DNA from: Styela clava
Lineage: Eukaryota
NCBI RefSeq assembly: GCF_964204865.1
Contig: NC_135261.1
Location: 10,478,001-10,542,000 of the forward strand
Reading direction: 5' to 3'
Length of the DNA: 64,000 nucleotides
This document shows positions 52,701 to 64,000 of the stretch, piece after piece (position 1 is the first letter of the stretch; every line of letters starts with the position of its first letter). Position numbers and translations under genes: made by a program. The notes under the pieces are model-generated. The model made no database searches, was not told where the DNA came from, and saw only the letters and a list, made by a program, of their open reading frames with translations.

Positions 52701-55700
52701 TTAGTGCAGTTTGGTCCTTGAAATTACAGATTTAAATGGTTACAAAAATGTCTGACAAGTAAACCAGTCTTATGATAAATCCCTCGTCCTCCATTTTGAA
52801 AATCTTGATCCTTCATCGATAAAAACCCAAGTAGTTCATCTCTCAATTGAAGAAGATGTTTTGTTGTATTCCCCCTGGGTAGCTAGTGCACCTCTTGTGT
52901 GATAGAGAAGACAAGTGTGATCAGAGCCGAGATCTTCACAGATCAGCCAAAACAAGCGACTGGAGCTGACGTTTTGACGAAATTTATTATTTTTGTAATT
53001 TGGTTCAAGCATGATAACAACTTCGGTGGGAGTACCTTAGCGCTAAGGGAGAATCTGTGTATTGTGTAACAGTGTACACAGGTGAAGTTTGGTTACACAG
53101 CTTTCACATGGGCTTAAAATCCAGACTTCCGACCAAGCATAGTCGGAGCCCCATCTGTCGTGCACCCGATTAAGTTTTCCCCAATCCAGTTCATTCAGCT
53201 TAAAGAAATTTTCTAAAACTCTGGAAGATAATATTATTTTCGCAGCGGTTATAGGATAGTAAAACGCCAGCACTTTGAAACGATGTCATTTCACGCATAT
53301 ATCATTTCCCTGTGAATAACGAGGTCAATGTTGTATTCATAATGTTTTCGTTTTGTATGAAACAATGCAAACTATGCATCAAGCTGGGAGTTACGATCAC
53401 GTAACAAGTTTGTTTTTACGCCTCACAATCTCGCTGTTGAAAGCAAAAGAGAAAATATAGCAAGAACAACGAAAAATTTCCCTTTATAATTCGCATCCGT
53501 TTTTGTGCACATCATTTGCTGGGAAACACTTACAAACATGGAAAGAAAACAACCTCGAACTGAGTTTGACGCCGATGAAGCATTGCTGCGTATTTTGGAA
53601 GAGTCTGATATAGATGACGAGAATTTTGATAAAAGCGATAGTTCAATGTCTGAAGTAGAGCAAGATTCAGGTATGGAAGTTTTCTGTATTCAAAAATTTT
53701 GATGCTTGATAAAAATCTTAAATGTCATTTTCAAATTTAGAGTCTGAGGAAGATTTCTCATTGGCCGATGTTCCTTCGACGTCAACGAGCGTGCCGCAGT
53801 GTAAGCGGTCAAGGCGACGTCAAAGACCTGAGTTGCAGTTGGCTGACGTCTCTTCACCCGGCGAGTCTATGCCAACACCTTTAGCAAACCAGAGATCTCG
53901 TCAACGGGCGAGAACGCCTTTGCAGTCAGAATACGAGTGACAAAAAGTTCCGCCAAAAAGAACTATACGCCAGTTCGGTGGTGCGCCTGTTGTCAGCATC
54001 GGAATATGTCGGCCACTCCATCTCCGCTAGATTGTTTTATTCAATTTTTTACGGTTCAAGTCATCAATTTTATAGTGGAGATGACAAACCTGAATGCCCA
54101 AAAAAAGCTTCAAGGTATGAGAAAATATATATAAAAGTATAGGCCTATATTTGTTTATAATTTATTTCAACTTCATGTTCAACATAAAAGACGATAACGT
54201 AGTTGATAAAAGCAAAATAAATAGAATTGATTACAGCATTGTTTCCAATTCTAATCTTTATGTTTTCTTTTTCAGTCACCATCGCTCACCGTGCCACTCG
54301 CCAACTTCCTCCAATGAAGTTTGAGCCAGCGACCTTCGAAGAGAAGAAGACATTTTTTGGCCTTACGAAACTGCCAGTTATTGCCATGTATTGGCAAAGG
54401 AAACACTGGATATTCGAAGTCCCGTCATTCAGCAAGATCATGCCGAGGGATCGATATCATGATCTACTGAAATTCCTACATTTCTGCAATGAAGATTATG
54501 CTCCGTCACGAGACAACCCGGCAAGAGATAAACTCTACAAAATAAGACCTCTCTTGAACTTACTCGAAACGAGGATGCTTACAGGACGTATTGGATTCTG
54601 CCAATTTATTCGTTCCAAAAGGACTCGTTTTGGAATGAAAGTGTGGGTATTGGCGGAATCCAAAACAGGGTATATTTCTTGTAGACAGTTGTATACGGGT
54701 AAAAGCGCTGGAGCGGCGCCGGAGGCGGGCCAAGCTACTCGAGTGGTGAACGATCTGATAACATCTTCATTATATCTAGTTTAGTTGTGCGTAGGAATAC
54801 AAGTTTGGAATTGTCTGGAAGATGACGTGTTGCTCGTTCACGAGAGTATTCTCTATCTCTTTTATCTAACGTGTGCTTACCACAGTGTGGAGAGTAAGAA
54901 AACTTTTTCTCAAAATTTTTTGAAAATTCTCTCTTACAACAGGCATACGGAATCGAGATTATAGCGACGCGTATCGCGCGAGGGAACAGGCATACGGAAT
55001 CGAAATTATAGCGACGCGTATCGAGGGTTGGCGAAAAGCCGCGAAAACTAGCCTTCCATTGGTTCATAGGAAAATTTGTGGCACTTTTGGTTAACTATTT
55101 ATTACATATTATAAAAGGGGTATAAAAAGTCCCTTAGGACCAGCGAAAAAAAAGTTGAGCAAAATTTTGTCTTCAAGAGTATGGGAGTTATAAAATACAG
55201 CTTTAGCTTTGACTCCCCGCCCTCACTTATATTTCGGTACCGATACTCATCCTTCTTGTTTTTTATATATTTGAATATTGCTGTATTATTATTGATTATA
55301 TCAATATTTTTAGTAAATATTAAAATGGTATTCATTATATTCGACAAACTTTGTGTATGCTTCTTCCGTAACATTAAATTATTTCACAGGATTCCACAGA
55401 TTTCGATCTTCTCTTCGACAAGAATTTCAAATGGTTTGCAAGCAGTGTGAGCGAGAAACACACTTTTCTATCATGCTTGTGGAAGGTTTGTTGATATTTA
55501 TTCCAATTATTAATGATGTATTTGTCACCTGTTGTGCTCTAGAAACGCTTTAGACAAGAAATGCGCTAATGTGCCACTATCCTTCTTCGAACCAAAATAA
55601 TAACTTACTTCCGAAATGTTGGAAATTATGGAAGTTTTTGTGAATTTGCTTCATTCATAACAGAAGTTTTTTTCACACATTTTTAACCATATATATATAT

Positions 55701-58700
55701 ATATTTATGGCAAGTTTCAATTTAGCACTCACGAATTTAAAGTATATACTCCTTGATCATAATGTAGTATTCAGGATATTTTTTCTGTTTGTAATTGTTT
55801 TACATTTACCTTTATTTCTAGCTATGTCGGCGCTACCTTCCAAGACTGAATAAACCAACATTCAAGAATGTGCCAGAATCTTTGATGGAAGGTAGTGTTT
55901 ATTTTATCAATCAATAAAAAATTATCTTGCTGATTTTATCATTTGGTTGACAAGAATGGGGAATGTCCAAAACAGACCGAATATCAGAATTATTTTTTAA
56001 TTGGTCATATTCCTTATCATTAATTTCTGATGTTAGGAAAACGGTAACCATGAATTTTTTTTATGTGAAAATTTGTCACCAGATCTATTTTGATGTTCAA
56101 TTGCTAGATATTTTCTTATTTATATTTGGATCTGACACCATAATAATAGGAAATGACTCGAAACAAAATTTATCTGAACTATACTGCACAACTCTAATAC
56201 AATTTTTTGCTTTTACGATTCGATTTTGGACATTATTAACAATAGACAATTAACAATATATCCGATATTCCATTTTCTACTATATTTCAGAATATTTTTG
56301 GAAGACTATCTTATTTTGTTTCTGAATTTTTTTTTTTATGTGTGTTTTAGTGTCTGTCTCAGGCAGTGAATCCCAGCGTACTTCCGGAAGTGGTCCTGGA
56401 ACAGATGGGTTTCCCACAGAAGAAAATTATCAGGTAGATAGCAGATACAGTAAAAATACAACAATTCGAATCCAACAGAGTAATACTTTGGAAGCGCTTT
56501 GGAATCTTTAAATACATTTTTCATTTGTAGTTTCAACACTAAATAATTTTTTTTTTATATATTTTAGGTGCTAACCTCGAAGGAAGAAACTGACTTGGAA
56601 CGCATGCTATCTGAATGTGAAAATGCGATTAGTGATGCTGAAGCTTTTGCATCAAATATGTCAAAAGATTTATCTGTGCTCGATGGTGAAAATATCAGTT
56701 CTATAATGGGATCAGAAGCTCAGGTAACAACAACAGACATACAAAACAAACCTCAATCAATTAACAACTAGATTCTGCATTAGGATTCCATGCACAAAGC
56801 TCATATTTCTTACACTACAGTATTTGAATATCGTTTTCCAAAAAATTTAATTTAATTTTAACCATAATGAAAAATACATAAAAATCTGCTCAGCGAACAT
56901 GATTTAGAGCATTGTGTTTTGAATTGAAGGTCCTTTCTCTTTGTCTACTTTCTACTTCAACTTCGTATGTGGGCATTGTCACAGGGATACTCGAACATAA
57001 CATAATTGTGAGCTTTCGTCAAATCATAGTGAATACTATTATTTTATCTTGATGTGTCTGAAGAAGTTAAATATGATCTTAATGAAAGCTCACATATACA
57101 CATGCTATTTCGTGGAAAAAGATTAGGTTAAAACAGAAAACTGCTAATTCATCTTTGGTGCTCCAGAAGTGTGTGTTCCAATATGGAGGTAACTAATTTT
57201 GTTCGCCTACTTTACATCAAAAGGAACCGAAGAAGCCTATGGGCAAGGGATATATTCACTTGGCTAACACAGACAGTCCCCGAACTCGTAATAGAACATA
57301 AAATGAGGAAAATCTGAACAAAAACATGTCCTAACTCTAACCTGGTACATACGGTAGTACCTCATCTTTTAGTAAATAATTTCATTCTCTATAGATGAAT
57401 ATCTGTTTTTACTTGTTATTTTAGTATGCAGAATTGAATTTTAATTTTTGATTTTTGCAAATTTTAGTTTTGTTTTAAAATTTGTGAGAAATAATATACT
57501 TCACAAATAAATGCTTTTAAAACATTATTTTTGAGGTTACTCTAGTTTTGAGTTGAATACATTAACCTAAAAGTATATAAACTCTATATTTCAACTAAAT
57601 TTTTTTTCTTAATTTCACTATTTTTTTGGTTCCCGCAGGTCAATCAATTGATGTCTCTCCTTGATAATGCCTTGGATGAAGTCACTGCAGTTGAGACAAG
57701 ACTAGATGGATACAATGACATGGTCCAGAGTATTTCAGGCCAGATGGGCCAAATGAAAAATCAGGAATCTTTTATCCAAATTACGAATAAGAATCATACA
57801 ATGCTCTTACAAGAATTGGATAAACTAGTAGTAAGTTAATTAATCTCACTAATTAGTTAAAAAGAATTTTTTATTAGCTCTTATTGAAAATAAACCTTTA
57901 CTTTGCAGCTTCAACTTGATCTGTCCAAAGGCCACATTAAAGCATTGAACGAGGGTGATTTGAGAGTTGACAGCGGTATTGAGGCTTGTAGTAGTGCAGC
58001 AGAGGCTCTACAGCACGCTATGCAAGTGGAACTACATCCAGGTCAGTAGCTATACATATGTGTGTAGTATCTGATAGTTATTATTTCAAAACTGGATTGA
58101 AAAGAATGAAATAATTCAAATTTCATTGGAACAATTTTCTGCTTTTGTTTCGATTTTAGTTGGTCTATATAGCACCCCTTGTACGGTAGTATATTTATAT
58201 CAGAGTGCAGCAGGACGTTTGGCATCTTTTTCCTTGCCAATTTTTGCATTTTACGATTTATAAATACGGCGCCATCAAGATGAAAGAATTGATTCTTAGT
58301 TTACCCTAAAATATAGCGAAAACCATGCTAAATTTGTTGTATATATAATTTGATAGTCTTGATTTCACTGCCAAGTGGCTTAATTTAACAAGTTTCAGAT
58401 TTTTTTTCATCTTTTCAAAATTTTTTTTGTATATTGCAGGAGTGTACCAACTTGTTGCAGTCAGAGAACAGCAAAAAATGTTTGAGGATTTGAGACAGAA
58501 ATTTGCCAAGCGTCTCTACCATTTTCTTTATGATGTTTTCATGAAACAGGTTTGCTGATTTTCTACTTGATGTTAAACTGTGTATTCTCTAAATTTTTCA
58601 TGCTTTCATCATGTCAAAAATATACATTAGAATTTTTGTCAATATTTGAATATTCAAGTAAATGTTTTTCTTGTGAAATTTTGAATTTGAATCAATAGAA

Positions 58701-61700
58701 TCATGATATATGCCAACTTTTATAATATGAAATATTCGAATTTCAAAATTTGTAGCACTAGCACCTTAATTATAAGTTGCTGCTTTTATAAACCAGGGCT
58801 GGGTCGTCGGAGCCATGGAGCCAAGCTTACTATAACAGATGGAGCTGGAGCCGCAGTCATCAGAAATTTTAGTGGCTTCGACTCCTAACCATCTCTTTTA
58901 TTTCATATTTATAATTTTCTGATACCTGTTACGAATGATAATCTATTCTTTTCAGCTCATAATTCATTTTATAAATTTTAGTTCCTAATATTAATTCAAA
59001 AGTTATTTTATAGTTCAAAACTCGTAGAAAATTAATCATAACACCTATTTTTGCTGCAGAAAGTAAATTTTACAAGTAATGTAGTAATGTCATTGCCTGA
59101 ATATTTTTCAACTCGTGTACATTATATACCGGTATTAGTTTTGACCAAATTTTTCTTCTTACATCTAAGTTATGTGGTTCATCATTTAATTGTTTTCATC
59201 TTTAATTTTGTTTAATAAATGTTCAAATATTGTATTATTCCAATCATTTTTACCATATTATATGAGAAACTTTTTATTTTGCAGGGGAATGAGCAAGCTG
59301 CAGGTGGACTAGCGAGACAAGCAAATAATTTGAAACTTCCAAAACATTTTCCATATCATCGAGATTTACTACCATATAAACAACTTGTTCTATGGCTGAA
59401 AGTTGCAGACAAAACCAAGTATCAGCAATTATGTGGGGTATGTCACAAGAATTTACAGAAACTTTTCAAATACAAATAGTCTCCTTTCCTAAAATTTCCT
59501 GCGACCCCTTATTCCGAGTGGCGCGTTTCTTATCATGTCTTACAATAAAAGTCAGCATTGTTATGCTAGCGCGCGGCTTTTCTGATCCCATGTATTTTTT
59601 CAAAATTATGATAGTTGTCGGAACTCGAAATTAAAAAATTTTAGAAAATGTTTTGTTATATAAATATTATATTGTTTTCAGATTTATACCCAGAGTCTAT
59701 GTAAGCTGTATTCTCGGGAAATTACTGAATTTATGACAAATGCTAAACAGAGATTCATTGAAAAAGGTATTTATTATTCAAAATGTTAAATTATTTGTAT
59801 TTTATTTGTAGGTACACTGTTTAATGATAGTAGTATATCATTAAATTAAAAAATCCTGTCTATATTTAGTACTTTACATAGTAGTCTCTCACTTCTTCAA
59901 TCTTTAATAATTGATTTAATTATTAAAGAGTGTCATGGTCATAGTCATTGAAATAAAATTGAAAATGTTGTTCAATTCTGGTTTTATTTATGCAGAATCT
60001 GTCTGTTTCGGCATTGCCTACCCAACTTATTATAAGATGTGTTACCTCCGTTGAGTCTAATATTTTAAATAATCGGCCCTCACGCAAGTTGCTGAACCTT
60101 AAATAATCTGGTAATTCAAAAATAGAGTATCTCCTTACATAACAGTGGATAATTGTACGAGGCCTCGTTCGGAGCAGAAGAAATATAAAAAAAATCCCAA
60201 AATAAGGTTATACATCAAGGGTTGAATTGCCTGCCTTACACAACCCTCAAGAAGTTGCTGCTCATACAGAGCCTAGTTTAAATTCATCCTGTATTTTTTA
60301 TTTCTTTATTAATCATCGAATTTGTACAGCTACTATTTCCCCACAAATGGGAGCAGCGGCCTTCAAGGCTGCAAGTTCATCAACAATGAGCTTGAACACT
60401 CAGGCTTCGAAAGAAAGAAAAGGCAGCAAAGCGTTTGGCGGATTAAGCAAAAGTATATTTAATGAATGAATGTAGTTGTTCACTAACATGGTAGCTTCCT
60501 AATTATCACATCACTTACTCTCTCGTATTGGATGCGCTGCTTTGGTGTAATCATATTATCATTATGACTCATACTTTTTGCTGTAATTTTGTAGCATCTT
60601 ATCTTCAGTAGTTTGTATTTTACCTTTCTAGTTAGGACATTTTTCTCCAGCACTGGCTGTAGGTGTGTGCGTAGAAGTTTGACATGTTATATTGGTGCAG
60701 ATACGGACAAAATTCCCACTGTTGTATTGGTGTGGGGAATGCATACATCATTTTGCGACTTGATTTGTTTGTTGTTGCAGTACTCAGATGAAGCGACCAC
60801 TTTTTTTCGGTGTTTCTAATTGTTCAACTTAAATGCAGCAAAATTTTTAATTGACTGCAAGTGGTACAATGTCGTGCAGCATCACTGATGTATATTTTTT
60901 CAGACATCTGTTTTCCCAGCACTTTTTCTAGACTTTTTTTTTCAATATCTGAAACTTTAAACATCTTTTCATATGTATTTATTATCAATCTCTTTGTTTT
61001 CACTCTTTCATACCATGCATCCTGCTCCTTCACCATGTACGCTTGTTCCTATGTTTCACCTGCTCGCACGGGGTGCACATTCTGCTTTGATAGCATTAGA
61101 TATAGATTGTCTGATGATCAATTTATTAAGCAACATTCTTATGTTCATTCCCGACTTCCAACATTCTGTGAATTATGTGTCTTTTCTCATTCTTCGAATC
61201 CCACAGCGAAATGTTTCCTATCTCACACAGGCAACACAAACTGTTCTACTATAATAATTTCTTACTTAACATTTTCTGCTCATCCATAGCTTTGTATCAG
61301 TAAAATGCGTGTGAAACGCCATATAAAAAAAGACTTCAAAATTCAAATATTTTTTTTGTCTATGAGGAGTTACCCTTCTTTTCTTTCGATCAGCAATTCA
61401 ATTCTATACCAAGTGTTTATTTGGCGAAGTTCGACTCCTCTCTCTTATTTTAGTTGCTTGTGTTTCTCTAACTCATGATATCTGTTGTCGTATTTCATCC
61501 TCTATTGTTGTTCAAATATTTGACAGTATAGTGTTGCATGAATAGTGTTTGGTTGTCATTGGTGTTGTACTGTAGAGTATATTTTGTGCCTATTACATGA
61601 CTTAAAACGGTGGCTCACAAACTAAAAATCATAGCTGGTTAAGAAATTTAAAAAGGAGATTTCATAATAATTTGAAGAATTAGGTGGCCATTAATTAATG

Positions 61701-63887
61701 TTTATAATGTACAAAATATAATGATTTCATATACAAAATTATTGAGCAAATGTTTAATCTTATTCATCTATACATGAAGACTTTTATACGTATTAAAGTC
61801 TGGGATGTACCACATAATCTAAGGGTGGCTATAGAGATCGATTCTATTTATTAAAGCTTTTTTATGCTTTATATTGTCGTCCTTATCAACTACGAGCAAT
61901 TTTATATTGCCGTCATCAAAAGTGTTCTGGTAAGGGAAAATGTTTTGCGCTTACAATCACAAGTCAGGGCGTTTAGTCGTTTTTATGCGCTCTGTAACTG
62001 TTACTAGTCATTGTACAGATGTGAACAACACGAAAAAAAATTGACAATGACTGATATACAAGCAATTTTTAATTTGAGTATCTGACAGGTTTTTAATTTG
62101 CATTAAGCTTCTGTCAATCTGTAGATCTTTTCGTTATAAGGGAACACTGTCATAATTGCTACGGAATTTTAATCTTTATTGTATTTCAGAGCTGAGCAGC
62201 AGCATTAAGAATTTGTCTGGATCTTCACAAAGTTTAAGCAAACAACACAAGAAATTACTAGGAGGTTCTACCCAGAGTTTGAATGTTAAATGTGAGTTCA
62301 TGGTAACTTGTTCATCCACATATTGAGCGTGGAAAAGCATTACTGTGCTTTTCAAATTGGGAACACTTGTGATGGGGAACATTGTTTTTTAGCGATGGGG
62401 AAAAAGTTGAAAAAATTAGGCAGCAGCAAAAAACATGGTGGATTAGCAGTGAGCCGTGAATCACTTGCAGCTTCTGATTTTGAATTGTCGGACAGAGAAA
62501 AATTCAGTTCTGTGAGTATTTTATTTTAGTGGTTACAGAATTTTTTGCATCACTATTTAATTATATTTGTGCTGTCATTTTTTGCATTTTCAGACGTTCC
62601 GCGAAGTGTTGAATGAGTTGGAACCGACTTGCCAGGATGAAGAAGATTTCTTGACAAGATTTTTTCATCTTAATATTGAGACTGCTGATACATTAATGCC
62701 TGTAAGTATTTATTCAAATCATACTTTTGCCATTCAGTTATTCTAGCCATCTACATTGTTTAAGACTAATGTCACACATATAGTATATGTGGATTTAATG
62801 TGGATTGTAGCTGCCTAAAATAACTGACTATATATTTTTAAGGCTATTTGTAAATGCTTCTAAAATCAAAAATTAACTACATTGAATATGAACAATTTGG
62901 AATGTATTCTAATATCTGATTCACCAAAAATATCCCATGAACTTAAACTATCAGCATTTCTTTTCCATGTTTGCCATTTTAGTAAAATATGAATTACCTC
63001 AAATCTCACAGAAAAATTTGTCGCTTCTTCTAAAATTTACCAATTTCAATTTTTTTCGAGCATGCAATTTCATATCAAAGCTCACTTTTCTTTCAGGGTG
63101 GATCTGATGATGAAGAGGATGATACTGAACAAGGTGCTGCGAGAAGAAAACAATATCAGGAGTAAGTATAATACTAGAAATTGCTGCCTATTACAAACTT
63201 CATGATTCAAACTCTATTACCTGTTTTGTAAAGGATTTGCTGATGGAAAATACTCGTAACAGATATTTAGAGTATATGAAACTAAAGTAAATTTGTAAAA
63301 TTTGGCATAAGTTATGAATTTCATCAGTTTCGAGTTAGAAAGACTATCAACCTATCCTCTCTAGCAAAAATGAAGATGATTGTTCTTTGAGATTTGAGAG
63401 TCTTGCAGACTAACACAAATGTATTTCTGCAATGTTCCACGTTGTTCTTAATAAAGTGCTCACCGTTTCATTTTTCGTCGTTGAATAACAAATTCACCAA
63501 TGTGATAACCATTATTTATGTGCACATGCCATCGCTTTTTTGTCAAGTCAGATTATGATTTTGGGTTTTGATGTTGCCTAGTCATTTTTTTGAACACATA
63601 TTTTGTTTCAACCAAATTATGTATAACTTAGATTTAATAATTTGATGTTTTCGTTTCAGAACTTCGTTAATGTAAGTTTTCTCATGTATGCATGTTTATG
63701 CCAGGGCCGATCACACTAAAACCAAGCTGACTGCTTATTTTTAACAATAATGATTTTTATTAACATTAAATGATGTGCAACCTGTTTCTGGATGATTAAT
63801 AATTCCTGTTGCCAGAAATTGGAACTTTATAATTATTGAAAAAACTAATATTCATTTTTCTAGGGTGCAGGTTGTGAAAGACATCAG
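37716..63887 (+). CDS. EXOC1: Exocyst complex component 1 (Sec3), 5' portion; continues past the right edge
   Basis: Exons 37716-37839, 51756-51886, 55390-55485, 55822-55891, 56351-56433, 56568-56723, 57639-57830, 57909-58041, 58440-58549, 59285-59437, 59682-59766, (60330-60452), 62190-62291, 62393-62511, 62594-62701, 63097-63161, (63660-63671), 63864-63887, all GT-AG and phase-consistent. Peptides [70 protein letters not shown]. Confidence 0.96.
38144..38457 (+). mobile_element. tRNA-derived SINE copy in EXOC1 intron 1
   Basis: Collinear with 28413-28760, same tail. Confidence 0.85.
39128..39392 (+). mobile_element. Diverged, internally deleted SINE copy
   Basis: GTTTCGAATTCC B-box remnant, TCATGTGCGA, tail GGATAAATATGTAAATC. 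Confidence 0.7.
41083..42790 (-). CDS. Uncharacterised nested gene, about 425 aa: SAM-like N-terminus plus two copies of a ~65 aa module
   Basis: Exons 42790-42715, 42484-42345, 42144-41083 join GT-AG into an uninterrupted 1278 nt frame, extending the 321 aa ORF upstream. An acceptor at 42821 suggests a further 5' UTR exon or a trans-splice site. Confidence 0.8.
43300..44046. promoter_or_regulatory. Internal CpG-rich, probably bidirectional promoter for the nested gene pair
   Basis: CpG-dense patches at ~43420-43520 and ~43800-43960 between divergent ATGs (42790 minus, 44047 plus); E-box ATCACGTG at 43440, YY1-like CGCCATTTT at ~43909. Confidence 0.6.
44047..45639 (+). CDS. CPSF6: Cleavage and polyadenylation specificity factor 6 (CFIm68; CPSF6/7 family), intronless, 530 aa, nested in EXOC1 intron 1
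   Basis: [41 protein letters not shown], Pro-rich region, [52 protein letters not shown] tail; AATAAA at 45848. Confidence 0.97.
   Translation: MTDGVDIDLYADVDHEFAQDDGLYTQGNVDLYDDMLQPSSRATIHSNGMHSVQHGSDKTQGDMKFNYQGKKVSIYVGNLTWWTTDKDLQDEISALGVNDLIEIKFHENRANGQSKGFAIVHLASESSSRIVMDKLPGKELHGQTPVVTPCNRQSLNQFEQQSKAQSGNSGGPPPQKPASPPPLQLPPRPSLSVSSFNVVHQAPPALAVASLGPPASTAPTSALFMPPRNRLVLPFPPPAAAGNRPPAIFIPPTSVAIAPPSSIPPPGMTLPPTLMPPRVALPPGMPGPPPPGLPTLIRGPGGILIDPRIPPPRPMMPPISPNQPPPAVRPPHIGAPPLGPPPGFPPPPVQINPLIPPPAAELPPAQETYRQERSQSPPLSDTEVEEIMNRNRAVSSSAISRAVSDASAGDYGSAIETLVTAISLIKQSKVATDERAKVLIGSLQDCLHGVEEKSFGSGSIRKRDRSRDRDREERPRHRESKSRRRDRDRDRDRDRSRSRERYDDREYRERSRERDSGGYSSSRHSDRHRR
48369..49367. mobile_element. 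Non-autonomous hAT element, about 1 kb
   Basis: TIR TATAGCTCGACCGATAT / ATATCAGTCGAGCTCTA, perfect 8 bp TSD ATTAATAT, arrays of CCGATAT/ATATCGG subterminal repeats at both ends. Confidence 0.85.
49515..49932. mobile_element. hAT MITE
   Basis: Ends CAGGACTGGGAG / CTTCCAGCCCTG, internal GGAGC(T/C) repeats, TSD GTTATAGC / GTTATAAC. A related end lies at ~58794. Confidence 0.7.
50094..50312 (+). repeat. Tandem duplication of ~100 bp (period 118)
   Basis: CATCATTGTTAATATTAGTAATTGCAGC...GCCCTATTCATGT at 50094 and 50212, differing only in one T-run. Confidence 0.92.
52048..52640 (-). mobile_element. pogo/Tigger-like transposon remnant
   Basis: [19 protein letters not shown] (CENP-B-type HTH) and [19 protein letters not shown] (DDE_1 start) on minus; terminal CGCATATAAGCCGACCC-type repeats near 52080-52150. 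Confidence 0.75.
52790..53240 (-). mobile_element. Buster-type hAT transposase fragment (ZBED5/FAM200-like), degraded
   Basis: Broken minus-strand reading [55 protein letters not shown]. Confidence 0.7.
53538..54780 (+). pseudogene. piggyBac (PGBD4-like) transposase pseudogene with two apparent spliceosomal introns
   Basis: Acidic N-terminus, [81 protein letters not shown]. Premature TGA at 53938, a frameshift and internal deletions. Candidate right end ...TTTTGG/TTAA near 55091 after a 47 bp-period direct repeat (54938, 54985). Confidence 0.85.
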
Positions 63888-64000
63888 GTATGATTAATTG
63901 TAGTATTCATGGTTATTTTCTCACTGGATTTTCATTTGTAAATGGTGTTAGTAACTGTGCTGTTATGTCACAATAGAATATATATAAATGCTCACTGTGT

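Noticed and set aside
60613-61289. ORFs inside the EXOC1 intron (68, 142 and 93 aa)
   Set aside because: T-rich low-complexity translations without compatible splice sites or EXOC1 similarity.

Overview
AT-rich eukaryotic (metazoan) genomic DNA with GT-AG introns. An invertebrate chordate such as an ascidian is my inference from gene style, compactness and the orphan 7TM family; the sequence does not prove it. Hand-spliced genes: PHB1 (minus, runs off the left edge), a two-exon orphan 7TM receptor, a five-exon single-pass LRR receptor with no TIR domain, intronless GFUS/TSTA3 and PEX13, NIP7 (four exons, 180 aa), and EXOC1/Sec3 (plus, runs off the right edge). The 13.9 kb first intron of EXOC1 holds a divergent gene pair: an intronless CPSF6 on the host strand and a three-exon antisense gene with a SAM-like N-terminus and a duplicated ~65 aa module. 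EXOC1 also has 12-nt and 24-nt microexons and a candidate cassette exon. Mobile DNA: a full-length 3005 bp hAT element (perfect 14 bp TIR, perfect 8 bp TSD, two frameshifts), an intron-containing piggyBac pseudogene next to pogo and Buster fragments, a tRNA-derived SINE family, a LINE 3' end, DINE-1/Helentron-like elements and several MITEs. All coordinates were read by eye and no database search was run.
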